NCBI GenBank assembly: GCA_037132255.1
Contig: JBAXPN010000005.1
Span: 1-54,914 of the forward strand
Origin: Candidatus Falkowbacteria bacterium
GTDB taxonomy: Bacteria; Patescibacteriota; Patescibacteriia; Patescibacteriales; UBA12465
Direction: 5' to 3'
Length of the DNA: 54,914 bases
Of the stretch, positions 15,957-25,773 are shown piece by piece (the stretch's first letter is position 1; the number at the start of each line of letters is the position of its first letter). Under the pieces are notes generated by a model. The model saw only the letters and a program-made list of their open reading frames with translations, did not search any database and had not been told where the DNA came from. Both the position numbers and the translations under genes were made by a program.

Positions 15957-18900
15957 TTAATAGCCGCCTTCTTTGTCCCAATTATCATGTATTTTAATAG
16001 TGATTGTATTATTCCCCGTATTCTTATAATAGTGATAAAAAACATGTGGACTATCTTGGTTTGGGCGACTATCCTGTCCAGTTATCAACTGATCGGATTC
16101 GTTTGCTCCCCATTTTATATAGATATCCTTAAGCGGCTGCTGCTCGGCATCAATAATCGTATTGAATTCTAGACTATAAACACCTTTCTTTGGAATAAAG
16201 AAAGAGCTGGTCGTAGCAATTACCTGATTATTATATTTAACTACAACACGAGAACCAATTTTTGGATTAATCGCACAAAAATTATTTACGATTCCGGCTG
16301 GCGTTGTCGCATAAGTATCTACTGGACGTGACGGTGTGGCGCAGGTATTAGGGTTCCTATCAATACCAGTACCTCCTGGCACATAGGCGCCATTAGTGAA
16401 GGAGTAAGTATTATATGATTTTAGGAATAATTGACTTAAAATATTTTCGAAGTCAGGCCCGACATTAGTATTAACATCAGTCCTCCCCAAATAATTATTC
16501 CATAATGGGACACATGTTCCATACCCACCATCAGCGCAAGTTTTACGAGCAACATAATCAGTGCTCGTGGCGGTACCAAATAAACAATAGACGCTTGGAT
16601 CAAGACTACAGTAACCAATTTTACTACACCCATTGCCGATCTCCGATGGTGTATTATAATTTGAGCATCCGTAAGGACGTCCGGCTAAAATATTCTCACT
16701 ATTTTTAACTGAGTACTGATTTCTAAACTTAATTGCCTCGCTATTATAAAGACTAAAATCATCAGGCCAAAGAGCGGCACCGAACGGAACGTCCTGGCGA
16801 TTACGCCCGTATGCCGCTATCGAGTGAGTTGTTCTTATGCCTGGACCATAATAACTAATACCGGCTTGCGCATAATCAATAAAGAAAGGTGGGGTGCTAG
16901 TGGTCCAAATGGAATTTATACTTGTTCTTGCCGCCCAGGCTTTATTATCACCATTATTATCAACCGCCTGAACAAAGCGATTGCAGGTTAATCGAAATAT
17001 TTTATCTTCATCGTTACCGGATATTAACTTTAAGCCGTCCTCGTCGGCTGGCGCCTGGCCATAATCAAGAACACGCACCGCCGGATCGGCATTAGTTTCC
17101 TCATTAAGGATTGTACAATCATTTGAGCCACACGTATGCTGGCTATTATTTTTTGCGTAGCCATTATATCTATACCAGCCATCACTATTTGTCACAACAT
17201 CTCTAGATGGCTCATCCGCTCCGCCACTTGTCCGCGTTTGCTCAGATATCAAGGCACCGTTACTACCAGAATTTAACGTAAATGTCCCTCTATTTATTTC
17301 TCCTTCCATAACTGTAACCGCTAGACCAGGTCTTCTAGGAATGCACCATGTGTTACCATTACAATGATCATGACCTCCCACCTGATGATTATACTCATAA
17401 TAAAACATGACATAATCAGTAGCGCAATTTGTATTTGACTGTGATTCATTGAATCCATTATCTGTGCTGCTATTTGAACAAGAACCCAAAGTATCATCAG
17501 CACCGATTAAAATGGTTTTTCTCTTCTCCACCAAATCAAAATTACCATTAAGTTCAGTACAATAATTTAATGGGAACTTACCTTGATAACCTGATGAATT
17601 ACGAGTTGTCATCGAGGATGAAATTTCATCAACCGGATACCACATTAAGCAGACATCTTTATTATTTGGATCATGTTCGAGACAATATCCCTCCCAACCA
17701 TCTTTCAAAACATTATTATTTTTATTGACGCAAGTTAAACTATCGTTCGTTGGATACAAACGGCATTCACGCGCGATATACTGCTTTGTGCTGCTGCTAT
17801 TAGCGTTTACTTCAAGCACCGGCTCGATATTAATGTCATCGAAATATACCTGTCTGTCGCTCGTAGTATCAGTCGCCCCTAAATATATTTTGACTGAAGT
17901 CGCAACCCCTGGGTTAAAGGAGAATATTTGACGTGTCCAACCATTATTAGAGTAGAAACTTTGTGTCGCATTCGGAATAGCTATTTCCGATTTTCCCGCT
18001 CCCGGCATCTTCATTATAAGCACCGCTCCCATACCGGAATTTTTTGTATTAACCAAGAAATTAATAAAATATTGTTTATTCGGAATAACAGTCGTCCAAC
18101 TATTGCTTGATTGAGGTGAAACTAGATATGCGCCTGGAACACGAACATAGCTTGCACCATGCGCCGGATAATCATTGGGTGCTTTTTCTGGCTCACGAAC
18201 CAATAAATCAGTAATAATATTCTTACTAAAGACGCAGGCGCTACCATTATCGGCACGTCTACAACTTATTGCCGGGACACTATCTTCAAAATCATAATGG
18301 GCATCGGTATTTATCCCAACCTCACTCATATTACTCAAATGGTATTTATTCAAGAGATAATAGCCAGTCGCATTTTTATTCTGCCCGCTCGCATTATAAG
18401 TCATAGTGCCAGTCGGAGCGTCTTCGAAACTAATACACTCATTCTTATCGTTTAAGCGTGTGCATTCGCCAACGGCAAAGCAGGTTCTTTCTTGGGTTAC
18501 TGGATCTTGAGTATAAGTTAAACAATCAAGCCATTTTGAGCAAACCCGATTTGGGCTAACCTTAATTAGTTGATTAGCATTACAAGAACCAGTTGAACTT
18601 GCGACGCATAAGACAGGCGCTTGACCGCTCAAACTCGTCTGAGCATTATATTTATTACTTAAATCAGCTAATCCAGAACTACCACTAATGCTACGCTCAT
18701 TAAATAAAACGCAGCCGTTATCTAAATTAACCACGCCATTACAACTATTCTTATCAATATTTTCTTTTAATTGATAACCAACAATTGCAGTTTTAAGTTC
18801 TATGGTTTTGTTAGCTCCCTCCGTTGAACCGCCACCGCTAACAATAACGCTCGAATTATTCATTGAGAAGAACATTCGGCTTCGGTTTGTGTTGCCCGGA

Positions 18901-21900
18901 ATACTGATCACAGTCGTGCTCGTAGCAAGCGTATTATTATTTAATAATTCTTTGACGTTACCAACAAATGTTAGAGTAGTTGTCGCCGCGTTCGTATTAT
19001 TACGAGTAGAAAAAACATAAACTTGGTTGGCAGAAATAGTTACTGTTTGCGCCCCAGCTGTAGACCAACCTTCTGCTCCATTTGAACCAATCTCCGAACT
19101 TGGATTAAAGATGATATTAGGCGCAAATTGACTAACCGGATCAATATACTCCGTACAACCGGAAGCCGTCGCATCGCAAAGACCAGCTTGCAAATCTGGC
19201 GTTGGGATTTGATTACCAGCACCACCTGGCCCAAAGGTCTTTAAATAAGAAGTTGAACAAAGATAATCGTTTGTATCAATAATACAAGGTTTATTCGAAC
19301 AATCATTTACCGAGCTACAAATTTTACCAGTTTTTTCCGTACCTTCAATTTTGCTATTACTATCAGCATCACATCTCTTAACTGGAATCTTATACCAAGC
19401 TTTTCCGGTCACAGTTAAATCTTGGCTTGCTCGGTACTGACACGTTTCATTCCCCGGATCTCTAAAGTAACTATAAGTAGCGTCCGACTCCTTCCATTCC
19501 TCGCAGCCGACTTCGGCCTGGCCACATAAAGTATTATCGTATAAATTTGGATTATTTTTCTTATAAACATCCGACCAGGCATTTGTTCCGTTAACGCTCT
19601 GCCCTAATAAGCTACAACCTAAATCCGCCGAATTACATTGTTTATTAGCGTCGTAGACGGCGTATATCGCCTCATCACGCTCAACTTTGACACAATCAGT
19701 CTCGCCGCTATCACAGACACCATTCGAATTAGTATCGTTCCAAAGACCACTACCGTACGGGGTATAATTTTGTGTAGCGAGCATCTGTTCACAACCAACC
19801 GCTGAGCCAGAGCAAAGTTTTGAGAATTTGCGCAGATTATGTTTTAGATTTCCTCGGTCAGTATATTGTGAACAACCTAAATTATATTCTTCACCCTGGA
19901 ATTTATCGGTCATGTCGTAATAGCAAATATCAGGAATTTGGCTCGTTCCCCCAATCAAATAATAACGGTCAGTTATTTCTGTCAAAACAACATCGTCAAA
20001 ATAGAAATCATGATTAGCACTAATTACTAAATGCTCATTAGCGGTAATAGCATGGTCAAGATTATCTAAATTTGTCTGATAAATATTCCATTCGCCGCCA
20101 TCCTTAATAACAAGCGTGCTAGTAGCAAATTCTGCTTTTTGAGGATTGCTAGTATCACCATTATAGAAATATATTTGCGGATTTGTCGCGACATCAGCCT
20201 TAGCAATAAAGCGAAGCGTATAGGATTTTCCTTCGCTTACTATATTGCTCACATTCAATTGCGCAACTACATTAGCGGAGGCAAAGACTTGAGTTATGAG
20301 TGGCTTCTTGGAAACTGGGGCTGACTGAGTATCATCGGCAATAGCGCCGCAGCTATTAGCCACGTCCTTATACAGCATGGAGTGCCCATTTTTATTATTA
20401 GCAATAGTGCTTAACTGCAAACCGCCGACACAATTCGAGGTCCAGCTCTGAGCGCCACTTTCGTAGTCATAATAGGACAACATCTTAACGTTGTTTCCGC
20501 TATTTCCATTATATTCACGACAACCATTTTCACTGGCCGTGCAAGTTTTTCCTTCACCTGGTATTGCCTTATAAACGCAAGCACTTAATTGCGTATCCCA
20601 AGCGCCACCGTTTAGACAAACATTACAAACGCTAGCCGCCACATCCCAATTTTTAGTTGGCGGATTAGTAGGGTTCGCTAGACATTGCGCCATTGTTAAA
20701 GTCTTATCAACATTTTTCTGGCTCATGCGGTAAGCATGGCAATTATCTGAACAAGTAATTGTGCGTGAAATTAAATGATAAGAAATTTGGCCGGCAGAAT
20801 TATAAAACTCACGACAATCGGGATTATATAATGGGTCGCCTAAACTCTTGCTATAGATAGTCGCATTACATAGACTTGAATCAACTGATGTTACCATCGG
20901 TTCGAATTGCGCAGTTCTTTGTAGGCTATATGATCTTAATTGATAACCACTTTCAACTCCCTCCCAGCTATAAAAGCTCCCACATGAAGTCGTGCTTGGA
21001 GTAATACATTGTTTCAATGAAGTATAATATTCTTTATTTTCTCCTCCTTGATTTACTTGATCCAAATTTGTGAATTCACTACAACCGGCTGCTTCGGCGC
21101 TGCAGGCAGTAGCTGTTGTCGGAATAATATTTTCCGACTGCGGCGAATTAAAATGATCTTCTTTTGAAATATAAATGTCATAACCAAGGCATTGGTTCGG
21201 ACAGTAATCAGTGCTCGTTACTTGAGCGGAAACAGCCAAGCCGTTACTAACCCCGGTATATAATTCGCAACCGACTTCTTCACGATTACACTTACGAGCA
21301 TATTTAGCACAAGCTGCCGGAGCATCGCTCTTCAAACGATAATCCTTCGTCGCTCCGCCGACATTAACATAACAAGCGGCTTCTAAATAAGGCGGTATAA
21401 TTTTTTCATAAACCCTATACGCTCCGTAAATATTATAACCAGTATCAAAATTACTAACTTCAAATTTTATATTCTTAACATAAACTCGGACGTTCGCAGT
21501 AGCCGTATCAGCATTAATGCCGAAGCTTGCCTGGCTATAAACGCCAGATGCAATACGTGTTACTGTCAGATGCTGCCAACTATTTAAAGTCGCAGTCGAA
21601 CTCACAAAGCCATCAGCAGTATCACCCTGGTAAATACTTACAGCATGACCCTCGGCTAAATAGACGTCAGCGCTAACCGTGTATGATTGTCCGGAAATAA
21701 GTTGAAAGTTTTCCGGTAGAAGAGAGTTATTGGGGTCAGAAAATGTCCCGACAACCGCATAGGCCGCATTTCCCGCAGTGCGAGTCGCGACTAATTTCAA
21801 AGCTTTACCGGCCGATCCGCCCGGCTCCTGAGTGGCGTCAACGATTGTCGCAGCGCGTGTATTATTTATAGTATTGGCTGATGACAAATAGGTCCATTCG

Positions 21901-24188
21901 TTTAATTTCGCGGTTCCTGTTGCCGAATTACCGATAACATCGCTGGCAAAATCTGTATTCATTACCAAATTAGAACCCCAGGTCGGCTTAACTCTTAATA
22001 ATTCTGTACATCCCTCGTCCTTACCATTACAGGCCCCCAAATTTTTATTTAAATAGATACTCTTATTTGTATCCCAGCTTACAGTTCCAGTTGATGTGGA
22101 ATAATTACCATTCGTCGAATATTGGCGGCAACCAGCACTTTCCGGATTACAGCCGGAATAATTTAAAGTATTTTCAAGATAAGAAACCTTCTTCCCGGAG
22201 ACAGGATTAGTAAAACTTTGGCAAGTATTAAAAATTGGTTCGCAACTGTCACCAGAAAAATTCCAAGTTCTTTTTTCTTCATTACAATAACCATAGACGT
22301 CGCAACTGCCATCATCCTTTTCTTTAATACAAGTTTGTTCGTCAGCGCAATAGTCTTCCGCTCTGGTTACGGTTAAAGCACTAGGCGTATATGGATTCCC
22401 GCTTATTCCGGGGATACTGGCCAAGATTGAGGTATCAAGAATTTGTGCGCTTACCCCCTGTTTGCGGCAATAATTAAGCGAAGCTTTCAAAACCCAATTA
22501 GGATCTACTAAACCTCGGCACCAGGCCTGGTTATGGGTATCAAAATCGGCACTAAATTGATTATAGCTATCGCTGGCGCTAAAACAAGAAACCAAATCGC
22601 TAACCGTCGGCATTTTATTAACGGTCTTTGCGTTTGAGCTAGCTTTATTAACCGCATCTTCCCAACCGATTGGTAAAATTCGGTATTTTCTTAAAATAGA
22701 AATATTACGGAGCGAATAAGTATTATCGACCGTATCTTTAGAAATTTTCCAGTCACCATGAATATAGCCGTCCTTAATTGCTTCAGCGACCGTCTTCTTT
22801 TCTGAGATTGCTTGCGCAAATTTATTATCGATCACGCAATTAGTCGGACCAGGATTTTTTGGGTCAGAGCAAATTGTTAGTTGCGATAAAATATCATAGT
22901 CTGCTTCAACGCCAAAATTTGGTTTTATAATTGAAGAGCTTACCTCTTTAACGGTCCCTTCGCCGTAAGAAACGGTTGGGTCACTTCCCGGATTTTGCAC
23001 ATCCGGAGTTCCCGCTGACTTCTGGCCTATTTTTGATAATAAGTCATTAAATTTAGTAATCGCGTATTGATTTAAAAAGACATTAGCGGCGTCAACAACA
23101 ATATCGCCCGTAACCTTTCCTAGACCCGCTCCCATTAAATTTCCCGCTAAGTCACGTTTTGCTTCTGCATCCCCAGGAACGCCAATCAATTCTTTTGCCG
23201 CATTTGTTTTGCCAAGCCATCCCTTGTTAGCTGCTAAGTTAAGTCGACTATTTTGATCAGCGATTGTTTGTTTAGCGAGCATGCCCTCATTCGCAGACAT
23301 ATAGATTCCTAAATCGTTTGCTGTCGGATTAAAAAAGCCGGCGAAGGTTTGTAAAAAATCAGTGTTCTTCATGTCCTCATATCTCTGGACTTCGTCTCCC
23401 CAGTTTTCAATCATTTTGGTGGCCGTACAGTTTGAGTCGGTCGCTCTTTGATATTGGACAAGGCCTAAACCGATTTTTACTTTCGCCTGCAAAGAAGATG
23501 GTTGGCAAACATTAAGAGTCGGTACACCGGCCGTGCCTATTTTTGTGCTCCCAGAGGAACCACTAGTTAATTTATCAACATTAGCGTCGCAAGCCGTGGC
23601 GTCCGTTTTACATTTTTGCGAACATGCACTAAAATCTGTCGTCATTTGGTCAGTGAGCTTTGTTAAATCCTCCATTGTTGACCAACATACCTTATCACAT
23701 TCCTGATATGTATTTTGACATTCGGTCCTCTTTACTCCGTTGGCCTCTGATGTTGCTAAATTATTGGCAAAAGTTTCAATAAACTGCCCAGCCGCTTCAT
23801 CGCCGATTTGACCCAAATATGCCCCCCAATCTTGAGTTATAAATAATGGCTTCTGTCCTTTATCTCCCGACCCTAAGTAGGTAGCCGTATCATAGGCAAT
23901 TTTATTCAAGGCTGTTCTGGCTACTGACTGAAAAGTTGCTGAACCAGATTTTTGCCATAAATATTTAAGGGCCGTCGCAACCTTGGTCATAATACTGCCC
24001 TTAACTTGAAGAGCGGCCCCAAGAGTATCCACGGTTAACAACTGCGCATTGGCCTTACGGACAGGTGTAGATAAGAAAGAAAAGAGCATAATAAAAACCA
24101 GCAAAAAAATAGCGATTTTTCTACTTGTTCCCTTGGCACTCTTCTTTGATAAATTTAAAGAAGATTTCATTTTATTATTTATATCCAA
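15957..24188 (-). CDS. Giant (about 2743 aa) secreted, cysteine-rich multi-domain surface protein
   Basis: Uninterrupted 8.2-kb ORF. The track start is TTG 24188, abutting the upstream stop, and ATG 24170 (MKSSLNL..) is an alternative. N-terminal signal/anchor IAIFLLVFIMLFSFLSTPVRKANA. About 90 Cys by manual count. Repeated C-x6-C loop motif, four jelly-roll/CBM-like modules ending in ..YFDDVVLTEI / ..YFDDINIEPV / ..VKNIKFEV, and a PKD-like C-terminus (HVFYHYYKNTGNNTITIKIHDNWDKEG). Confidence 0.8.
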   Translation of the reverse strand: MDINNKMKSSLNLSKKSAKGTSRKIAIFLLVFIMLFSFLSTPVRKANAQLLTVDTLGAALQVKGSIMTKVATALKYLWQKSGSATFQSVARTALNKIAYDTATYLGSGDKGQKPLFITQDWGAYLGQIGDEAAGQFIETFANNLATSEANGVKRTECQNTYQECDKVCWSTMEDLTKLTDQMTTDFSACSQKCKTDATACDANVDKLTSGSSGSTKIGTAGVPTLNVCQPSSLQAKVKIGLGLVQYQRATDSNCTATKMIENWGDEVQRYEDMKNTDFLQTFAGFFNPTANDLGIYMSANEGMLAKQTIADQNSRLNLAANKGWLGKTNAAKELIGVPGDAEAKRDLAGNLMGAGLGKVTGDIVVDAANVFLNQYAITKFNDLLSKIGQKSAGTPDVQNPGSDPTVSYGEGTVKEVSSSIIKPNFGVEADYDILSQLTICSDPKNPGPTNCVIDNKFAQAISEKKTVAEAIKDGYIHGDWKISKDTVDNTYSLRNISILRKYRILPIGWEDAVNKASSNAKTVNKMPTVSDLVSCFSASDSYNQFSADFDTHNQAWCRGLVDPNWVLKASLNYCRKQGVSAQILDTSILASIPGISGNPYTPSALTVTRAEDYCADEQTCIKEKDDGSCDVYGYCNEEKRTWNFSGDSCEPIFNTCQSFTNPVSGKKVSYLENTLNYSGCNPESAGCRQYSTNGNYSTSTGTVSWDTNKSIYLNKNLGACNGKDEGCTELLRVKPTWGSNLVMNTDFASDVIGNSATGTAKLNEWTYLSSANTINNTRAATIVDATQEPGGSAGKALKLVATRTAGNAAYAVVGTFSDPNNSLLPENFQLISGQSYTVSADVYLAEGHAVSIYQGDTADGFVSSTATLNSWQHLTVTRIASGVYSQASFGINADTATANVRVYVKNIKFEVSNFDTGYNIYGAYRVYEKIIPPYLEAACYVNVGGATKDYRLKSDAPAACAKYARKCNREEVGCELYTGVSNGLAVSAQVTSTDYCPNQCLGYDIYISKEDHFNSPQSENIIPTTATACSAEAAGCSEFTNLDQVNQGGENKEYYTSLKQCITPSTTSCGSFYSWEGVESGYQLRSYSLQRTAQFEPMVTSVDSSLCNATIYSKSLGDPLYNPDCREFYNSAGQISYHLISRTITCSDNCHAYRMSQKNVDKTLTMAQCLANPTNPPTKNWDVAASVCNVCLNGGAWDTQLSACVYKAIPGEGKTCTASENGCREYNGNSGNNVKMLSYYDYESGAQSWTSNCVGGLQLSTIANNKNGHSMLYKDVANSCGAIADDTQSAPVSKKPLITQVFASANVVAQLNVSNIVSEGKSYTLRFIAKADVATNPQIYFYNGDTSNPQKAEFATSTLVIKDGGEWNIYQTNLDNLDHAITANEHLVISANHDFYFDDVVLTEITDRYYLIGGTSQIPDICYYDMTDKFQGEEYNLGCSQYTDRGNLKHNLRKFSKLCSGSAVGCEQMLATQNYTPYGSGLWNDTNSNGVCDSGETDCVKVERDEAIYAVYDANKQCNSADLGCSLLGQSVNGTNAWSDVYKKNNPNLYDNTLCGQAEVGCEEWKESDATYSYFRDPGNETCQYRASQDLTVTGKAWYKIPVKRCDADSNSKIEGTEKTGKICSSVNDCSNKPCIIDTNDYLCSTSYLKTFGPGGAGNQIPTPDLQAGLCDATASGCTEYIDPVSQFAPNIIFNPSSEIGSNGAEGWSTAGAQTVTISANQVYVFSTRNNTNAATTTLTFVGNVKELLNNNTLATSTTVISIPGNTNRSRMFFSMNNSSVIVSGGGSTEGANKTIELKTAIVGYQLKENIDKNSCNGVVNLDNGCVLFNERSISGSSGLADLSNKYNAQTSLSGQAPVLCVASSTGSCNANQLIKVSPNRVCSKWLDCLTYTQDPVTQERTCFAVGECTRLNDKNECISFEDAPTGTMTYNASGQNKNATGYYLLNKYHLSNMSEVGINTDAHYDFEDSVPAISCRRADNGSACVFSKNIITDLLVREPEKAPNDYPAHGASYVRVPGAYLVSPQSSNSWTTVIPNKQYFINFLVNTKNSGMGAVLIMKMPGAGKSEIAIPNATQSFYSNNGWTRQIFSFNPGVATSVKIYLGATDTTSDRQVYFDDINIEPVLEVNANSSSTKQYIARECRLYPTNDSLTCVNKNNNVLKDGWEGYCLEHDPNNKDVCLMWYPVDEISSSMTTRNSSGYQGKFPLNYCTELNGNFDLVEKRKTILIGADDTLGSCSNSSTDNGFNESQSNTNCATDYVMFYYEYNHQVGGHDHCNGNTWCIPRRPGLAVTVMEGEINRGTFTLNSGSNGALISEQTRTSGGADEPSRDVVTNSDGWYRYNGYAKNNSQHTCGSNDCTILNEETNADPAVRVLDYGQAPADEDGLKLISGNDEDKIFRLTCNRFVQAVDNNGDNKAWAARTSINSIWTTSTPPFFIDYAQAGISYYGPGIRTTHSIAAYGRNRQDVPFGAALWPDDFSLYNSEAIKFRNQYSVKNSENILAGRPYGCSNYNTPSEIGNGCSKIGYCSLDPSVYCLFGTATSTDYVARKTCADGGYGTCVPLWNNYLGRTDVNTNVGPDFENILSQLFLKSYNTYSFTNGAYVPGGTGIDRNPNTCATPSRPVDTYATTPAGIVNNFCAINPKIGSRVVVKYNNQVIATTSSFFIPKKGVYSLEFNTIIDAEQQPLKDIYIKWGANESDQLITGQDSRPNQDSPHVFYHYYKNTGNNTITIKIHDNWDKEGGY

Positions 24189-24839
24189 TTATTGATTAAT
24201 TGTATTACTAGTTGTTGTCGCTGCTTCCTGACTATTAATCGATTCCTCGTATATTTTTAATAAATCAGCATCACTAATTTTATCTAGAGTCGCCTGTTCA
24301 ACGCCGCTCTTTAAAAGTTCTTCTCTAATCATGGTGGGAGTAACGCCTATTTCGCTTGCGCTCGGTGTGCTTGTGCCTAGTGAGTCTTGCGTTAAGGCTC
24401 CAAAATCGAGAATATCAGTAGAGCTCGCATTTGGATTTGTTATTCCGTTCGATGCTGTTCCAGTCGTGCCGCAATCTTTACCGCTTGCACAGTTCGGATC
24501 AGTTCCCTGTTCAATTTCCTGCTTATCATTTATCCCGTCACTATCCGAATCTTCGAGATATGGAGAGGTATGATAAACATTAACCTCGTCGCTATCAGAA
24601 ATACCATCACCGTCCGAATCTTTAAGAGAAGGGTCAGTGCTTGTTGCTTGATTTTTTTTTGTCAATCCGCTCGCGAGATTAAAAGGGCTATTTAATTGCG
24701 CACTAAGTTGGACAACCCAAAGAACAATAATCATAATCGCGAAGACAGCCAAAAAAACCACCGCCATTTTTTGCTGGCGTGGTAAATTTTTTATTGTCTG
24801 AGGATTGAGATTGCGATTCTCTTGGCTCTCAGTCGGCAT
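24189..24839 (-). CDS. Membrane-anchored protein with thrombospondin type-3-like Ca-binding repeats
   Basis: 216 aa. TM MAVVFLAVFAIMIIVLWVV. Repeats DSDGDGISDSDE and DSDSDGINDKQEIEQGTDP. Confidence 0.7.
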   Translation of the reverse strand: MPTESQENRNLNPQTIKNLPRQQKMAVVFLAVFAIMIIVLWVVQLSAQLNSPFNLASGLTKKNQATSTDPSLKDSDGDGISDSDEVNVYHTSPYLEDSDSDGINDKQEIEQGTDPNCASGKDCGTTGTASNGITNPNASSTDILDFGALTQDSLGTSTPSASEIGVTPTMIREELLKSGVEQATLDKISDADLLKIYEESINSQEAATTTSNTINQ

Positions 24840-24878
24840 AATAACAGGATAATTAAAACAGCTCTTAATTTAGCTTTA

Positions 24879-25739
24879 TTATACCATAAACTTACGTAGC
24901 GCCGCAAATAATTTTAGCCAATCTTCCAGCTTTAAATCCTCCGCTCGCAAAAGCGGGTTAAATTTATTTTTTGTGAGTATATCGAGAATAATTTTTTGTT
25001 CAATTTTGAGTCCGCCTGCTAAATTATTCTTTAGCATTTTTCGTTTTGCGCTAAAGCCCATCTTGGCGAGACGAAAAAATAATTTATCTTCCCCTGCTTG
25101 GTCTTTACCCTGTAAGCGAGCCTCTTTTTTAATGGTTAATTTAATAAGCGCGCTATCAACTTTCGGCTCCGGCCAAAAATTTCCTGCCTTAACTTCACGG
25201 ATTATTTCCGCTTCCGCATAGTACTGCACCGAGAGAGCGAGCAAGCTCATCTCAGGAGGCGCTGCCACGATTCTTTCGCAGACTTCTTTCTGCAACATTA
25301 AAACCATTGTTTCTGGTTTATGTTTGCCGGATAGAAAAAGACGAAGAAAAATAGAACTAATATTATAGGGTAAATTTGCGACAATTTTATATTTGCTTTT
25401 CGGATTTATATTAGCGTCTAAATTAAACTTTAAAATATCTTCATTAATAATTTCAACGTTATTTATATCTTGGGCATCGATACCAATCTGCAAATAATTT
25501 GCGAGCTGATCATCAAGCTCGACCGCCAGTAGACGCTTAACTTTTTGAGCAATTTTGAATGTTAAAAAACCTAAACCTGGACCAATTTCAATTACGGTTT
25601 CCGTACCAGATAACTCGGCTGTACTGACAATTTCATCATAAATACGTTCATTAATCAAAAAATTCTGACCTTTTGAGCGGGCTGGTTTAATTTCGAATAA
25701 TCGACAAATCTCTCTAATTTGAGGCAATAAATCAGACAT
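24879..25739 (-). CDS. rsmA: 16S rRNA (adenine1518/1519-N6) dimethyltransferase RsmA/KsgA
   Basis: 286 aa. KGQNFLI, SAM motif EIGPGLGFLT, NLPYNISS. Confidence 0.9.
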   Translation of the reverse strand: MSDLLPQIREICRLFEIKPARSKGQNFLINERIYDEIVSTAELSGTETVIEIGPGLGFLTFKIAQKVKRLLAVELDDQLANYLQIGIDAQDINNVEIINEDILKFNLDANINPKSKYKIVANLPYNISSIFLRLFLSGKHKPETMVLMLQKEVCERIVAAPPEMSLLALSVQYYAEAEIIREVKAGNFWPEPKVDSALIKLTIKKEARLQGKDQAGEDKLFFRLAKMGFSAKRKMLKNNLAGGLKIEQKIILDILTKNKFNPLLRAEDLKLEDWLKLFAALRKFMV

Positions 25740-25773
25740 AATAATCTAAAAATACCCCTTAAAGGGGATATTT

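Noticed and set aside
16436-20324. Multiple 60-72-aa ORFs on both strands inside the giant gene (e.g. 16436-16633, 17725-17931, 18802-19020, 19040-19234).
   Set aside because: All are nested in or antisense to a continuous 8.2-kb ORF. They have no independent signals and are treated as frame shadows.
15957-24188. Diversity-generating retroelement targeting the giant protein.
   Set aside because: There is no reverse transcriptase ORF in the window, and I could not spot a template/variable repeat pair by eye. It cannot be excluded genome-wide without a repeat search.
25751-25773. CCCC-ttaaa-GGGG hairpin with flanking A/T runs after leuS.
   Set aside because: A 4-bp stem is too short to assert a terminator, and rsmA may simply be co-transcribed.
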